Positions 1 to 10,077 of a stretch of 64,000 nt of DNA are shown here, piece after piece. Every line of letters begins with the position of its first letter. Within the stretch, counting starts at the first letter, position 1. The stretch lies in the NCBI GenBank assembly GCA_029213305.1, contig JARGPA010000009.1, positions 38,004-102,003 on the forward strand, in the 5' to 3' direction. The notes below the pieces were generated by a model that was not told the origin of the DNA, made no database searches, and saw only the letters and a list, made by a program, of their open reading frames with translations. A program made the position numbers and the translations under genes. The stretch comes from Phycisphaerales bacterium. Lineage in GTDB: Bacteria > Planctomycetota > Phycisphaerae > Phycisphaerales > UBA1924.

Positions 1-1750
1 CCCTTGGTGATTCGGCCGATATGTAAAACATACCCTCCGAACGATTGGGTATCCTCAACTTTGAAATGTGCGCCGGTTTTCATGCATTGGAGTTCGCCGA
101 CATCCGCGACTTGTCCACCCATCTCACTATAGAAGTTCGTTTTGTTGAGTAGAACTCCAACGCGGCGAGTGCCTGCGTTTGTTGAATCTGCATGATCATC
201 AAAGTTGTGTCCGTTCCAGATCGCTTTTACAGTGCCCTTTATATCTCGGCCAGCGAACTTCGCAGAGTCATCAGTTGGTTTTATATTGAGATGAGAAAGT
301 TGTGCTATTTGTTCAGCGCGAAGCTCAATCTTGTGTTCGCCTTCTTCCTTGCGTCCACCTTGACGAGATCTTTCCTTTGCTTCTTCCATCGCTTTATCAA
401 AGCCTGGTAGATCAACCTTGAGTCCTCGTTCTTGAGCCATCAAATCGGTAAGGTCGATCGGGAATCCATAAGTGTCATAGAGTTTGAATGCATCATCACC
501 TGAGATTGAATTGGAATCTGTCGCGAGTTCTTCGAACATCTTGATTCCCCGATCAAGTGTCTTTCCGAAGCTCGTTTCTTCATCCTCGATAATCCCAATC
601 ACGCGCTTTGGATCTTGTGCGAGTTCTGGGAACGCATCACTCATGAGCTCAATCACTGTCGGCGCTAGTTGAGCGAGGAAACCTTGAGGTGCATTGAGTT
701 TTTGTCGGCCGTACCGAACTGCTCTACGAAGAATTCGGCGCAGAACATATCCTCGTCCTTCGTTTGAAGGCATTCCCCCATCGGTGATCGCAAAGACAAG
801 TGTTCGAATGTGATCCCCGATGACACGATACGCTTCGTCTACACCGTCTGAATCCTCAGCACCAAGTTTACCTGTGTATCCTCGACACCCTGATAAGCGT
901 TGAAGAGTATCAAAGATCGGAGTGAACACATCCGTGTCGTAGTTGGAGTTTTGATCTTGGAGTACGGATACAACTCGTTCGAGACCCATCCCCGTATCGA
1001 CATGTTGCGCTGGGAGTTGGACGAGTTTGCCGCCTTCGAGTCGATCGAACTGGATGAATACCAAATTCCAAAGCTCGATCACTTCTGGATCATCTGCATT
1101 GACTAATGAAGATGCATCACGATTACCAACTCGATCGTAATGAAGTTCTGAACATGGTCCACAGGGTCCTGTATCTCCCATTTCCCAGAAGTTGTCTTTC
1201 ATATCGAAAGGCATAACCCGTTCGGGTGGGAGAAACTGTTCCCAGATTTTCTTTGCTTCGAGATCTGGTTCGAGTCCTGCTTTCTCGTCGCCTCCAAAGT
1301 AGGACGCGTAGAACCGATTCGGATCGAGCGCAAAGCAGCCGTTCTCACGAGGCCCAGTCATGAGTTCCCATGCCCATGCGATGGTTTCTGCTTTGAAGTA
1401 ATCGCCGAACGACCAGTTCCCGAGCATCTCGAAGAATGTATGGTGGTATGTGTCCTTCCCAACATCATCAAGATCGTTGTGCTTTCCACCTGCGCGGATA
1501 CATTTCTGCGAGTTGGTTGCTCTTGTGAGTCCTTGCAGCGGGGAGTTGGGATCGAGGGTACCTTGGAAGATTGGTTTGTATTGATTCATCCCCGCATTTG
1601 CGAAGGTATCGCGCAAGGAAGGATCATTCGTAGGACAAGTCGTTGATGATGGTACGAATGTGTGTGCTCGATCCTTGAAGAACTGGATAAAAGCGCTCCG
1701 GACGGAGCTAGCTGAGGTGAAATCGGATGTTGATTGAGCAGCCTGCGACA
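1..1750 (-). CDS. alaS: Alanine--tRNA ligase, N-terminal part (gene runs off the left edge of the window)
   Basis: Absent from the ORF track because no stop codon lies in the window. My translation of the reverse strand from the ATG at 1750 reads [11 protein letters not shown]...[13 protein letters not shown]...[40 protein letters not shown], which are the class II AlaRS catalytic-core motifs. Confidence 0.9.
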
Positions 1751-1973
1751 TGCGGATGTTCCATTTCTGTTCAGTGTCGAGCAAGCTCTAACCTATAGAG
1801 CATTGCATTCGTGGGTCAATAGTAGGGGCATTGAGTAGGTATTGTGCCGATCAAACAGGTCCCAAAAGCATACAAAATACATCAGTTTGGTGGCGATGAT
1901 CGCGTTCTCGGGGTCTGTTGAAGGGTCGAATCGGCCATTTGTAGATATGTTCCAGAGACGAGGAGTCCCAAAT

Positions 1974-2861
1974 ATGCGATTTACATCTCCCGCAGGGGTG
2001 ATCTGTGCGTTGAGTATGCTCACGGCGCCAGCTCTATCAGGTGTCATCCGGCATGATGTCGATGACGCGCTCTATCGCGAACTTGGGGAACAATCTCAGT
2101 TTGGCGCTGTCGGTGCAACGAGTATCTTCTTTACCAACGGCCAATCTACCAACTGCTCAGGAACTCTCGTTTCTGACCAATGGATACTCACAGCTGCTCA
2201 TTGTGTCGATCGTGATGTGACAACGGGGATCTTCACCGCAGGATCCGCATTCGGATTCGTTGAAGAGATAGTCATCCATCCAGATTGGGAACGGAATAAT
2301 TTCCTTGGAGGTGGAGATCTGGCGCTACTCAAACTCAGCGCGCCAATCACAACAATCAATCCAGCAACAATCTATACGGGCGATCAAGAACTCGGGTCAC
2401 TCGCAACTCTGGTTGGGTACGGACAAACTGGTACGGGAGAAACTGGAGCAATCTTCGGAACTCACGGTACTCTGCGCGGCGGGAACAATGTCATTGATGA
2501 ACTCGGAACAGCGCGCGGATGGGATGAACGGATCTTGTTAACAGATTTCGATAGTCCGATTGATCCAAATGAGTCAAACTACGGGGACAGCAACCCCGTT
2601 GCTCTTGAATATTCGATCGGTCCTGGAGACTCGGGTGGAGCAATGTTCATCGAAACCGTCATGGGATGGAGACTCGCAGGAGTTACATCGTTTATCAACT
2701 CTACCGATGGTTCTCCGAACGGTGATTACGGCGACAGCAACGGATTTACTCGTGTTTCAGACTACGCAGGATGGATCAACTCGATCATTCCTTCCCCTGG
2801 TACTATTCCAATGCTCGCAGGGGGAATGCTGATTGCTACGCGTCGCCGTCGCAATGCTTAG
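1974..2861 (+). CDS. Secreted trypsin-like (S1) serine protease with PEP-CTERM-type C-terminal sorting tail
   Basis: ORF 1842..2861. Catalytic triad contexts are LTAAHCV (His), GGDLALLKL (Asp) and GPGDSGGAMF (Ser). Start moved to ATG 1974 because AGGAG lies 8 nt upstream and MRFTSPAGVICALSMLTAPALSG reads as a signal peptide. The C-terminus IPSPGTIPMLAGGMLIATRRRR is a Pro motif, a hydrophobic helix and an Arg cluster. Confidence 0.85.
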   Translation: MRFTSPAGVICALSMLTAPALSGVIRHDVDDALYRELGEQSQFGAVGATSIFFTNGQSTNCSGTLVSDQWILTAAHCVDRDVTTGIFTAGSAFGFVEEIVIHPDWERNNFLGGGDLALLKLSAPITTINPATIYTGDQELGSLATLVGYGQTGTGETGAIFGTHGTLRGGNNVIDELGTARGWDERILLTDFDSPIDPNESNYGDSNPVALEYSIGPGDSGGAMFIETVMGWRLAGVTSFINSTDGSPNGDYGDSNGFTRVSDYAGWINSIIPSPGTIPMLAGGMLIATRRRRNA

Positions 2862-2869
2862 TCGATTGC

Positions 2870-4240
2870 TTATTGACATCCTGCAGAGAATGCGGCGAGA
2901 AACGAAGAGATGTCAAAGAAGTTAAAGCGCTCATCACAGTTGAAATCGCCTGCACGATTTGAGTCCATGAACTCTGAGAGAAAGAGTGAGACATCAAAGA
3001 AGTTTAGTTCTGCATCATCATTGGTATCTGCTCTACATGAGTTGAGATCAAAGAGATGTACTGCGCCCGCGTTTGCTCCATGATCATCATTTTGAATCGC
3101 ACTCACAGCGATGAACTGTTCATTCATCGAAATATCAAATCCAAATAGATCATCTCCTGTTCGTTCGCAGGTCATGAGCTTGTTGATTTGTTGTCCAGTA
3201 AGAGCATCAAACTTGTAGACAGCGCCGGATTGCTCGCCGTTAGTTGCGTTAAAGATTGCGCCAACTGTGACAACGTCTTGATGGATTCCTACAGAATATC
3301 CAAAGAAATTGTCTCGTTCTCCATCGAGTGGAAGGAGTTTAGCAGTTTGTTTTTTAGTATTCATGTCGAATAGATACGCTGATCCTGAGCTGCGTCCGAG
3401 ATCATCATTTCGATGAGCTCCTGCAACGATGAGATTGTTATGGATATCTACTCGGAACCCAAGTCGATCTTCAGTGTTCCCATCTTCTGCGATGAACTTG
3501 AAAAGCTCTTGTCTCGTGTTTGTATCAAACACATAGACGGCGCCTGCTGCTTGCCCGTTCTCGTTTGTATTTCCCTCAGCGCCGATCACTGTATAGTCAT
3601 CGTTGATCGCAATTGATGAACCAAAGAAACTGTACTCAGATCCATCGGATGGTAAGAGTTTTTGGATAAACGATCCTGATGTTGCGTCGAATAGAAAAAC
3701 TGAACCTGACCATGTCCCGTTTTCAGTGTCAAGTTGCGCACCAACAGCGACGACCCCGTCATGGATTGTAATTGTTTGTCCAAAGTCGATGAAATCCGAG
3801 TTCGGAGGCGGTGTTAGTTTCGTAATCTGTTGGCCGGTAATTGCGTCAAACACATAAGCAGAACCAGAGTTGAATCCGCTCTCGTCTTCGTATCGAGCGC
3901 CTACAGCAACCAATCCATTATCAATATCAACTGCGAATCCAAACCAATCTTCAGGAGCTCCGTCATCTGGGAGTAACTTGTTGACTAGAAGATTTGTCGA
4001 TGTTGAATAGACATACACGGTTCCAGAGTAGGAGCCGTTTGAAGTATCCCTATGTGCGCCTATCGCAATATAATCACCATCAAGTGCAATCGCACTCCCA
4101 AAGTTGATCTCTGTGGTCTCATCATTCGCATAAATGGAAGAGTCTTCGAAAAGAGTTTGCCCAATCGACGGAGTAGTAAAAACACCTACACTCATGATTA
4201 GGAACATTATCCATTGATACAGGACAGGCTTAACAAACAT
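2870..4240 (-). CDS. Secreted seven-bladed FG-GAP-like beta-propeller protein with C-terminal dockerin/EF-hand-like module ending in GC
   Basis: 456-aa ORF with an N-terminal hydrophobic signal (IMFLIMSVGVFTTPSIG). Seven repeats follow the pattern FG.s..i.....vavGA.......G..sGavYvFd. The C-terminus carries two Asp-rich loops (DTNDDAELNFFDVSLFL, GDFNCDERFNFFDISSFLAAFSAGCQ). Confidence 0.8.
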   Translation of the reverse strand: MFVKPVLYQWIMFLIMSVGVFTTPSIGQTLFEDSSIYANDETTEINFGSAIALDGDYIAIGAHRDTSNGSYSGTVYVYSTSTNLLVNKLLPDDGAPEDWFGFAVDIDNGLVAVGARYEDESGFNSGSAYVFDAITGQQITKLTPPPNSDFIDFGQTITIHDGVVAVGAQLDTENGTWSGSVFLFDATSGSFIQKLLPSDGSEYSFFGSSIAINDDYTVIGAEGNTNENGQAAGAVYVFDTNTRQELFKFIAEDGNTEDRLGFRVDIHNNLIVAGAHRNDDLGRSSGSAYLFDMNTKKQTAKLLPLDGERDNFFGYSVGIHQDVVTVGAIFNATNGEQSGAVYKFDALTGQQINKLMTCERTGDDLFGFDISMNEQFIAVSAIQNDDHGANAGAVHLFDLNSCRADTNDDAELNFFDVSLFLSEFMDSNRAGDFNCDERFNFFDISSFLAAFSAGCQ

Positions 4241-4384
4241 GGGGCACCCTCAATAACACAACATTATAATAAATCTGGGCCTCGATCATAGATGATACCA
4301 ATCTATCAAACAAGACAATTTCAGCACAGATCAACAGGTTGGATTTCGGACCAACGCCCGATACTCTGCATACGCTTAAAGAGC

Positions 4385-5560
4385 ATGGCTAAACGCACGA
4401 CCAAAAAGAAAACGACAAAGAAGACGACTCGAAAACGAGTTGTTGAAGATTCTGGACCCGCGATCAGGCTCTATGACGAGCCGATTGGTATGGGGAAAGT
4501 CCTCGGACAACATCGCGCGATGGAAATCCTCGGACAATCAATGCAGTCCCAACGAGTACATCATGCATGGATATTCCACGGTCCTAAGGGTGTAGGCAAG
4601 TTCACAGCCGCCGTCGCATGGGCCGCAACAATCTTAGATCCAAGCTCAGCGCCCAACCTCAACGGGGACATAGAACCCGATCCTGAGAGTCAGGTCCAAG
4701 GGTTGTTACGTGCAGGAACTCACCCAGATCTACATGTGATCAAGAAAGAGCTCGCGAAGTATCACGAAGAAAAGAAGGTCCGTGACGCGAAACTGCAAAC
4801 AATTCCAAAGGCAGTCGTCGAAGAACATCTGATTGTTCCTGCGACGCTTGCACCAACGATCAAGTCTGATTCAATCGCGGGGAAAGTGTTCATCATCGAC
4901 GAAGCAGAACTTCTCGATCGGAGCCCCAACAAAGCGCCTGTTCAAAATGCGATCCTCAAAACACTCGAAGAACCAGCGCCAGGCACAGTGATTATTCTCG
5001 TCACATCTAGCGAAGATCGATTGCTTCCCACAATCCGGAGTCGATGTCAGCGAGTATCGTTTACCCCTCTTGATGATGACGCGATGCGTGAATGGATGCG
5101 CACACAATCACTTGATCTCCCACCAGAGGAGCATCATTGGTTGATGCAATATGCATCTGGGTCACCAGGGAGATTGCTCGCGGCGATCGAAGCGGGGTTA
5201 TACCAATGGCACATCCGAATAGAACCCATGTGTAGAGATGCAGATCGTGGAGTTCATCCCATATCACTCGGAAGCACAATGGGTGAGCTTGTTGACGAAT
5301 GGGCTGGCAAATGGGTAAAGATCGGTGATAAACTCGGGGAGAACCGATCTAAGGAAGCCGCGAATCGAATGAGCGCAGAGCAGATGTTCGCACTGATCGC
5401 ACAACGAGCAAGAAAAGGATTACATGATCCCTCAACTGCACATCGATCATTGCACACGATAGATTGCGTAACGCGAGCTAAGACTGAGCTTGATACAAAT
5501 GTTCAAGTGAAGTTTGTGATGGAGCACCTAGCAGCTGGTCTCAGTGAAAAGCTGAACTAG
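4385..5560 (+). CDS. holB: DNA polymerase III delta-prime subunit (AAA+ clamp-loader)
   Basis: ORF 4292..5560. Motifs are HHAWIFHGPKGVGKFT (Walker A-like), VFIIDEAELL, NAILKTLEEP and TIRSRCQRVSF (sensor/SRC). The start is probably the ATG at 4385 (MAKRTTKKK), but this is uncertain. Confidence 0.8.
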   Translation: MAKRTTKKKTTKKTTRKRVVEDSGPAIRLYDEPIGMGKVLGQHRAMEILGQSMQSQRVHHAWIFHGPKGVGKFTAAVAWAATILDPSSAPNLNGDIEPDPESQVQGLLRAGTHPDLHVIKKELAKYHEEKKVRDAKLQTIPKAVVEEHLIVPATLAPTIKSDSIAGKVFIIDEAELLDRSPNKAPVQNAILKTLEEPAPGTVIILVTSSEDRLLPTIRSRCQRVSFTPLDDDAMREWMRTQSLDLPPEEHHWLMQYASGSPGRLLAAIEAGLYQWHIRIEPMCRDADRGVHPISLGSTMGELVDEWAGKWVKIGDKLGENRSKEAANRMSAEQMFALIAQRARKGLHDPSTAHRSLHTIDCVTRAKTELDTNVQVKFVMEHLAAGLSEKLN

Positions 5561-5584
5561 AACAACGATCGCAACATGAGCATT

Positions 5585-6046
5585 TTACGCTTGGAAACTG
5601 ATCGGTTGACGAGTAGGCATTGCAGCGGGGGCCGGGATCGTTGATCCGATGACGCCGCTTTCTCGCTCTTTGGTGACTTGCTCCATTGTGAGAACCCAAG
5701 TCTCACGATCATATTGAATCAAGCTAATCACTTCATCAAGTTTCGGGATGTCCTTATCAATGCTTGCTTTGACCAGTTCGCCGTAGAGAAAGGTGTATAG
5801 CTCTCGCATCGATTGCGCGATTTGCGGTGCGGGCTCAGTCTTAATCGTGTTGAGCAACTCAAGAACAATATCTCGGCACTGAGTGAATCCAGAGTATGTC
5901 ATTTCTGGGTCGTTGTTCAATAAACCAGTCTTTGCTTGATTTGCGAACTTGAGCGACCCATCAAGGAGCATCAATCGAAGCTCCTCTGGAGATGCAGTCA
6001 TGACCTTGGTTCTGAGATACGCGTTTGCTGAGTTTGTGTCATTCAT
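5585..6046 (-). CDS. fliS: Flagellar export chaperone FliS
   Basis: 153 aa, immediately downstream of fliD on the same strand. The N-terminus AYLRTKVMTASPEELRLMLLDGSLKF and the helical-bundle size are typical of FliS. Confidence 0.85.
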   Translation of the reverse strand: MNDTNSANAYLRTKVMTASPEELRLMLLDGSLKFANQAKTGLLNNDPEMTYSGFTQCRDIVLELLNTIKTEPAPQIAQSMRELYTFLYGELVKASIDKDIPKLDEVISLIQYDRETWVLTMEQVTKERESGVIGSTIPAPAAMPTRQPISFQA

Positions 6047-6089
6047 CGGGGGTTATATCGGCCCTTCTTTTCGTCGACTTCAGTATGAG

Positions 6090-8996
6090 TTAACCTAAAG
6101 CTGCGAGTTGTGATAACGATGAGCCCTGAGATTGGAAAGCACCGATTGCCTGCTCCATTGCGAGGAACTGACGCTGGAGAATTGCTCGTTTGTTGTCGAG
6201 CCCTTTTTGGATTGATTCAATCCGATCCTCTTGTAACTTAATCTGTGAATCAATCGAGTTGGATCGAGTCTGAAGCACGCCTCCAATGCTTGTAACATAA
6301 CTGTCAGCAAACTCTTCGAGTTGTCCGAGCACACTGAGCTCGGAAAAAGTTGGTTCGTCGATCGTATTCGGGTCATCATCATCGTTCGATTCGAGTGTTT
6401 GTTGAGTGAATAGGTTCTCGACTGCTTCTGGATCCTCTGCGTACGCTTCTCGGAACTTGTCGGTGTCGAACTTGAGTTCACCACCAGATCCCACGGTTAT
6501 ACCAACTTCAACAAGCGAGTTAAACGTATCGGTAAAACCATCGTTCTTTGCGTTGATCGTGTTGAACATTGAGTTTCGAAGATTGAGGAGGGTACCATCG
6601 CCGAGCAGGGTGCCTTTGGTTTCAGTTTCTTCGTCGTATCGAGTCTGGAAGTCAATCCCATCGATGACTGAGTTGAATGCACTGACAAACTCGGAGATCT
6701 TTGCTTCAATCTCACTGTTGTCTGTACTTACAGAGACTTCGACAGTTTCATCTGATCGAGAGAGCAAGTCGATGGTGACACCCTGAATTACGCCGTCAAG
6801 TTGATTGACAGAACTGGTCATCAAAACTGCGCTCGCAGGATCACTCGATCCAAAGAACACGCGGGCGTCATTGCCTTCATCAAGCACATCAGTGCCTAGA
6901 TCAAAGGTGCCAGAGTCGATCAGGAATCGGCCGTCGCGCCCAGTCTGCTCGCTTGTGAGATTGAGACGGAATGGTGAAGTGCCGATTCCAGTGTTGAGGA
7001 CTGAAGCGCTCACTCCAACATTTGCAGAGTTAATCGCATTGCGAATGTCACTGAGTGTGGCATCGGGTTCGAACTCGATTGTCTTTTCGAAAGATCCGTC
7101 GAGGAAGTTGTCGCCGTCAACACCGGTTGATGTTCCTTCGATTCCTAGTCGTGTCGCGACGGAACCACTTGTATTCGAGATTGTGATTAGCTGGATACCA
7201 TTTATTCCAGTCGCATCTTCTTCAATGACAATACCATCGCCTTGATCGTTAATTCGAGCGTTGATCTCGAGTGCTTCGGGTTGTCCACTCGCATTGTTAA
7301 TCTTCTTGAGAACATCACCAATTGTAGTATCACTGCTTGTAATACTAACCGTCGCACGGTTCCCCTTCGAGTCGACGATCTCGAACTCTCCGGTACCGAT
7401 CCCCTCGCCGTTGTTTAGTTCGCTCAAAAGACTTGCTTCACCGATGTAGGCGAGTTGAAGATTTGATCCTGATGAGATCCCGTCGTCGAATGATCCCGAT
7501 ACTCCAAGCGCAGCTGCAGCGTCTAAACCACCCGTGCCTGAGATACTGAATGTTGATCCACCATCGGTTGTATCTTGTATTTGGATACCTGTCCCATTTG
7601 AGTTTACCGATGCAATCACTTTTCCGTTGTTGTTCGCATTCGTGTTGATGGAGTTGATAATGTCATTGATATCAACCAAGCTTGGGTCATCAAGCCCGTC
7701 GATGGTGAAACTCGATCCGTCTTGTGTTGTAATCGCAAGGTTTCCATCAGTCGCGTCAAGCCCGAGCCCGCTGCCACCATTCAGACTTGAGACAAGCTTG
7801 GTGTTAAGACCTGCAAGGATTCGCGATCCGTTTGCTGTCCCTCCGGTATAACTCCCACTGAGTCCAAGGTCATCTGCTGTGGTGATGACGCCGCTCGCGT
7901 TACTAAAGTTGGAAATATCAAAGTTGCGGCCGCTTGAATCAACGATATCAATCGAACCGTTTGTTGTATTTATCGACGCATTAAACTCAGAGAACCCTGC
8001 TTCTTCAAGTTGTGTGTTGATCCGATCAATGACTCCACTCACACTTGAAACAGCGCCTTCGACAACTCCGATGACAGGGTTGTCATCATCGTCGAGGATT
8101 GGGTCTCCTTCATCGTCTGTGAGCTCGCCTTCGATTTCACCGATTCGGATTCCGACAACGATATCATCTGCGCCGCCGATACCGTCACCGTTTACATCAA
8201 TGGTGATGTTAAAATCTTCGACACCTTGTCCAGAAGCAACACGAGTTGCAACGCCGCGTCCGTCATTGAGTGATTGAAGGGATGTGTTCCCATTGATGCT
8301 ATAAACACTTGTACCTGTCTGATCTGCTTCCACCCCTGAATAAGATTCAAGCCCAAACGATTCAAGGATATTTGCGCCTGCAGCTTGAGACAGAGAAGTG
8401 ACCCCGGTAATTACGAAATGATCGTTCTCAACTCGTGCTGTAACACCTGAGACAGTTGAGATAGCGTCGAGCACTTCTTGAACAGTCCCAGCTCTTGAGA
8501 GATCAACTTCAGTTCCGTTGACTGTAATCTTTCCTCTTGTTACTCCATCTCCATTATTGAGATCAGCAAGCGCTGTGTCAGAATCAAGACGAGCATCTTC
8601 TGACTCGAAAGTAAGTGAATCGAGTCCAACACTTGACGTGTCTAGATCTGCGAATCCCCGTGTCAACAACTGTTGAGTTGATACGAGTCGGTCAACAATG
8701 AAGTTGTAACTCCCTGGAACGGCGCTTGAGTTAGCGGTTGCAGAAAGAACAGAATCATTGTTCGATGAAACACTTCTTGAAGAGAAGATGTTGTTCACCC
8801 GGAACGCCGCAGCGGCGGTTTTAAAGTTGTTTAATCGGGAGTTGATGTCCAGGAAGGAAGCCTGCTGGGATTTCAGCTGGATGACACGCTGCTGGGCAAG
8901 AATCTGAGGCCGTGACTGAGACGCGATCAACTGATCGATCAGTGATGCAGAATCAATACCTGAAAATAATCCGACGCCGGTTGTAATACCGCCCAT
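6090..8996 (-). CDS. fliD: Flagellar filament cap protein FliD (hook-associated protein 2), unusually long
   Basis: ORF 6090..9095. Start placed at ATG 8996 because AAGGAG lies about 7 nt upstream and MGGITTGVGLFSGIDSASLIDQLIASQSRPQ is the canonical FliD N-terminus. The C-terminus LQRQFLAMEQAIGAFQSQGSSLSQL is the canonical FliD C-terminal helix. Confidence 0.9.
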   Translation of the reverse strand: MGGITTGVGLFSGIDSASLIDQLIASQSRPQILAQQRVIQLKSQQASFLDINSRLNNFKTAAAAFRVNNIFSSRSVSSNNDSVLSATANSSAVPGSYNFIVDRLVSTQQLLTRGFADLDTSSVGLDSLTFESEDARLDSDTALADLNNGDGVTRGKITVNGTEVDLSRAGTVQEVLDAISTVSGVTARVENDHFVITGVTSLSQAAGANILESFGLESYSGVEADQTGTSVYSINGNTSLQSLNDGRGVATRVASGQGVEDFNITIDVNGDGIGGADDIVVGIRIGEIEGELTDDEGDPILDDDDNPVIGVVEGAVSSVSGVIDRINTQLEEAGFSEFNASINTTNGSIDIVDSSGRNFDISNFSNASGVITTADDLGLSGSYTGGTANGSRILAGLNTKLVSSLNGGSGLGLDATDGNLAITTQDGSSFTIDGLDDPSLVDINDIINSINTNANNNGKVIASVNSNGTGIQIQDTTDGGSTFSISGTGGLDAAAALGVSGSFDDGISSGSNLQLAYIGEASLLSELNNGEGIGTGEFEIVDSKGNRATVSITSSDTTIGDVLKKINNASGQPEALEINARINDQGDGIVIEEDATGINGIQLITISNTSGSVATRLGIEGTSTGVDGDNFLDGSFEKTIEFEPDATLSDIRNAINSANVGVSASVLNTGIGTSPFRLNLTSEQTGRDGRFLIDSGTFDLGTDVLDEGNDARVFFGSSDPASAVLMTSSVNQLDGVIQGVTIDLLSRSDETVEVSVSTDNSEIEAKISEFVSAFNSVIDGIDFQTRYDEETETKGTLLGDGTLLNLRNSMFNTINAKNDGFTDTFNSLVEVGITVGSGGELKFDTDKFREAYAEDPEAVENLFTQQTLESNDDDDPNTIDEPTFSELSVLGQLEEFADSYVTSIGGVLQTRSNSIDSQIKLQEDRIESIQKGLDNKRAILQRQFLAMEQAIGAFQSQGSSLSQLAALG

Positions 8997-9055
8997 AGCT
9001 CTACTCCTTAGGAACCGTTCATGACCTTTCATGAATCGAAGTTCACTCATCGTCC

Positions 9056-9082
9056 TTATCGGGTATAAAGATGGCGTATCTA
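9056..9082 (-). promoter_or_regulatory. Candidate sigma28 (FliA)-type promoter for fliD-fliS
   Basis: The reverse strand reads TAGA-N15-CCCGATAA, against the enterobacterial consensus TAAA-N15-GCCGATAA. It lies about 60 nt upstream of the fliD ATG. Confidence 0.4.
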
Positions 9083-9294
9083 GACCCAGATGCACCTAAA
9101 AGGTGATGAATGGGGAGGTTGTGAGATCGAGAGTATCCAACTGCGCAACGAGAGGATAGGAGTGGGGATAAACGCGCAAATATTGCATTGATATTGATTA
9201 GGCAATCAAAATGAGGGGGTACACTCGCATGTTGGTGTATAACCAAGAATTCACCAAATAAACCATGGATCCAAGCCGATCATCCTAATGATTC

Positions 9295-10008
9295 ATGCGT
9301 ACTGATATCATCAAGCTCCATCTGAACATCGAAAAAATCACTATGACCAAGAACGATCAAATGAGCAACTCCAACGCACCAACACCGATCCGGATGTTGA
9401 CACTCTTCGTGTCGATACTCGTCGCGATCACAGCCGTCCCTTGGTTGTGGATGTCAATGACTCAGTTTCGTGCTTTCGCATGGGGAGTATTCGGATTTGA
9501 GTTTTGCGTGATTCTCGGTGCCATCATGACGATGCTCGTTGCTTTGAAGAAGATCCGTGTTGGGAATTTATTCTCACTCGCGATCGCTTGTTTAGCAGGA
9601 ACGATTCTCGTGTCGATGGTCTTCGGGACCCATGTCGAAGCACGGACCTTAATCGGGGATGATCCAAAGCTCCAGCCTTGGGTAAATCGAACACTCATGT
9701 TCCGGATTGGAGTTGTAGGCCTCCTGAGTTTGCTCGCAACATTTGATGTGTATCGACGCAATCGAAACTCATGGGGTTTGATGTTTCGATCTGTGTTCTT
9801 TCTTGCTCCTGTACTCGTTGCGTTGGGATGGGTTGCGAAGATGGGAATGCCCACGATCAATGATGCATCGGGTGAACTGAGTCCTACTCGAATGATCATC
9901 GCGTTAGTCTCAGGATTAGCAATCGGTATCTTCTTCTCATTGGGCGGCCATTACCTGATTCGTTCATTCGAAGTTTCGTTCCCAGAGGCCGAAAAAAGCG
10001 AAGATTAA
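9295..10008 (+). CDS. Hypothetical polytopic membrane protein
   Basis: 237-aa ORF with about six hydrophobic segments and no recognisable motif. Alternative starts exist at 9343 and 9361. Confidence 0.55.
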   Translation: MRTDIIKLHLNIEKITMTKNDQMSNSNAPTPIRMLTLFVSILVAITAVPWLWMSMTQFRAFAWGVFGFEFCVILGAIMTMLVALKKIRVGNLFSLAIACLAGTILVSMVFGTHVEARTLIGDDPKLQPWVNRTLMFRIGVVGLLSLLATFDVYRRNRNSWGLMFRSVFFLAPVLVALGWVAKMGMPTINDASGELSPTRMIIALVSGLAIGIFFSLGGHYLIRSFEVSFPEAEKSED

Positions 10009-10077
10009 GCAAGATTATCGACGATTCTGCCTCAGAATTGGCTCTGATTGAAACTCATTGATTCGATTTGCCAATGA

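Noticed and set aside
192-1646. Four short plus-strand ORFs (192-410, 484-672, 900-1106, 1440-1646).
   Set aside because: All lie antisense within the clearly recognisable alaS reading frame on the minus strand, and none shows a motif.
7065-7080. A GGTTCGAA string resembling a tRNA T-loop.
   Set aside because: It lies inside the fliD coding sequence with no acceptor or anticodon stems around it. No intergenic space in the window is long enough and suitably structured to hold a tRNA.
6406-8277. A series of plus-strand ORFs of 62-146 aa inside fliD, plus a 129-aa alternative-frame minus-strand ORF at 6095-6484.
   Set aside because: They are Ser/Pro/Val-rich translations typical of the antisense or off-frame of an Asn/Gly/Ser/Thr/Asp-rich gene. 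The FliD frame explains the region fully.
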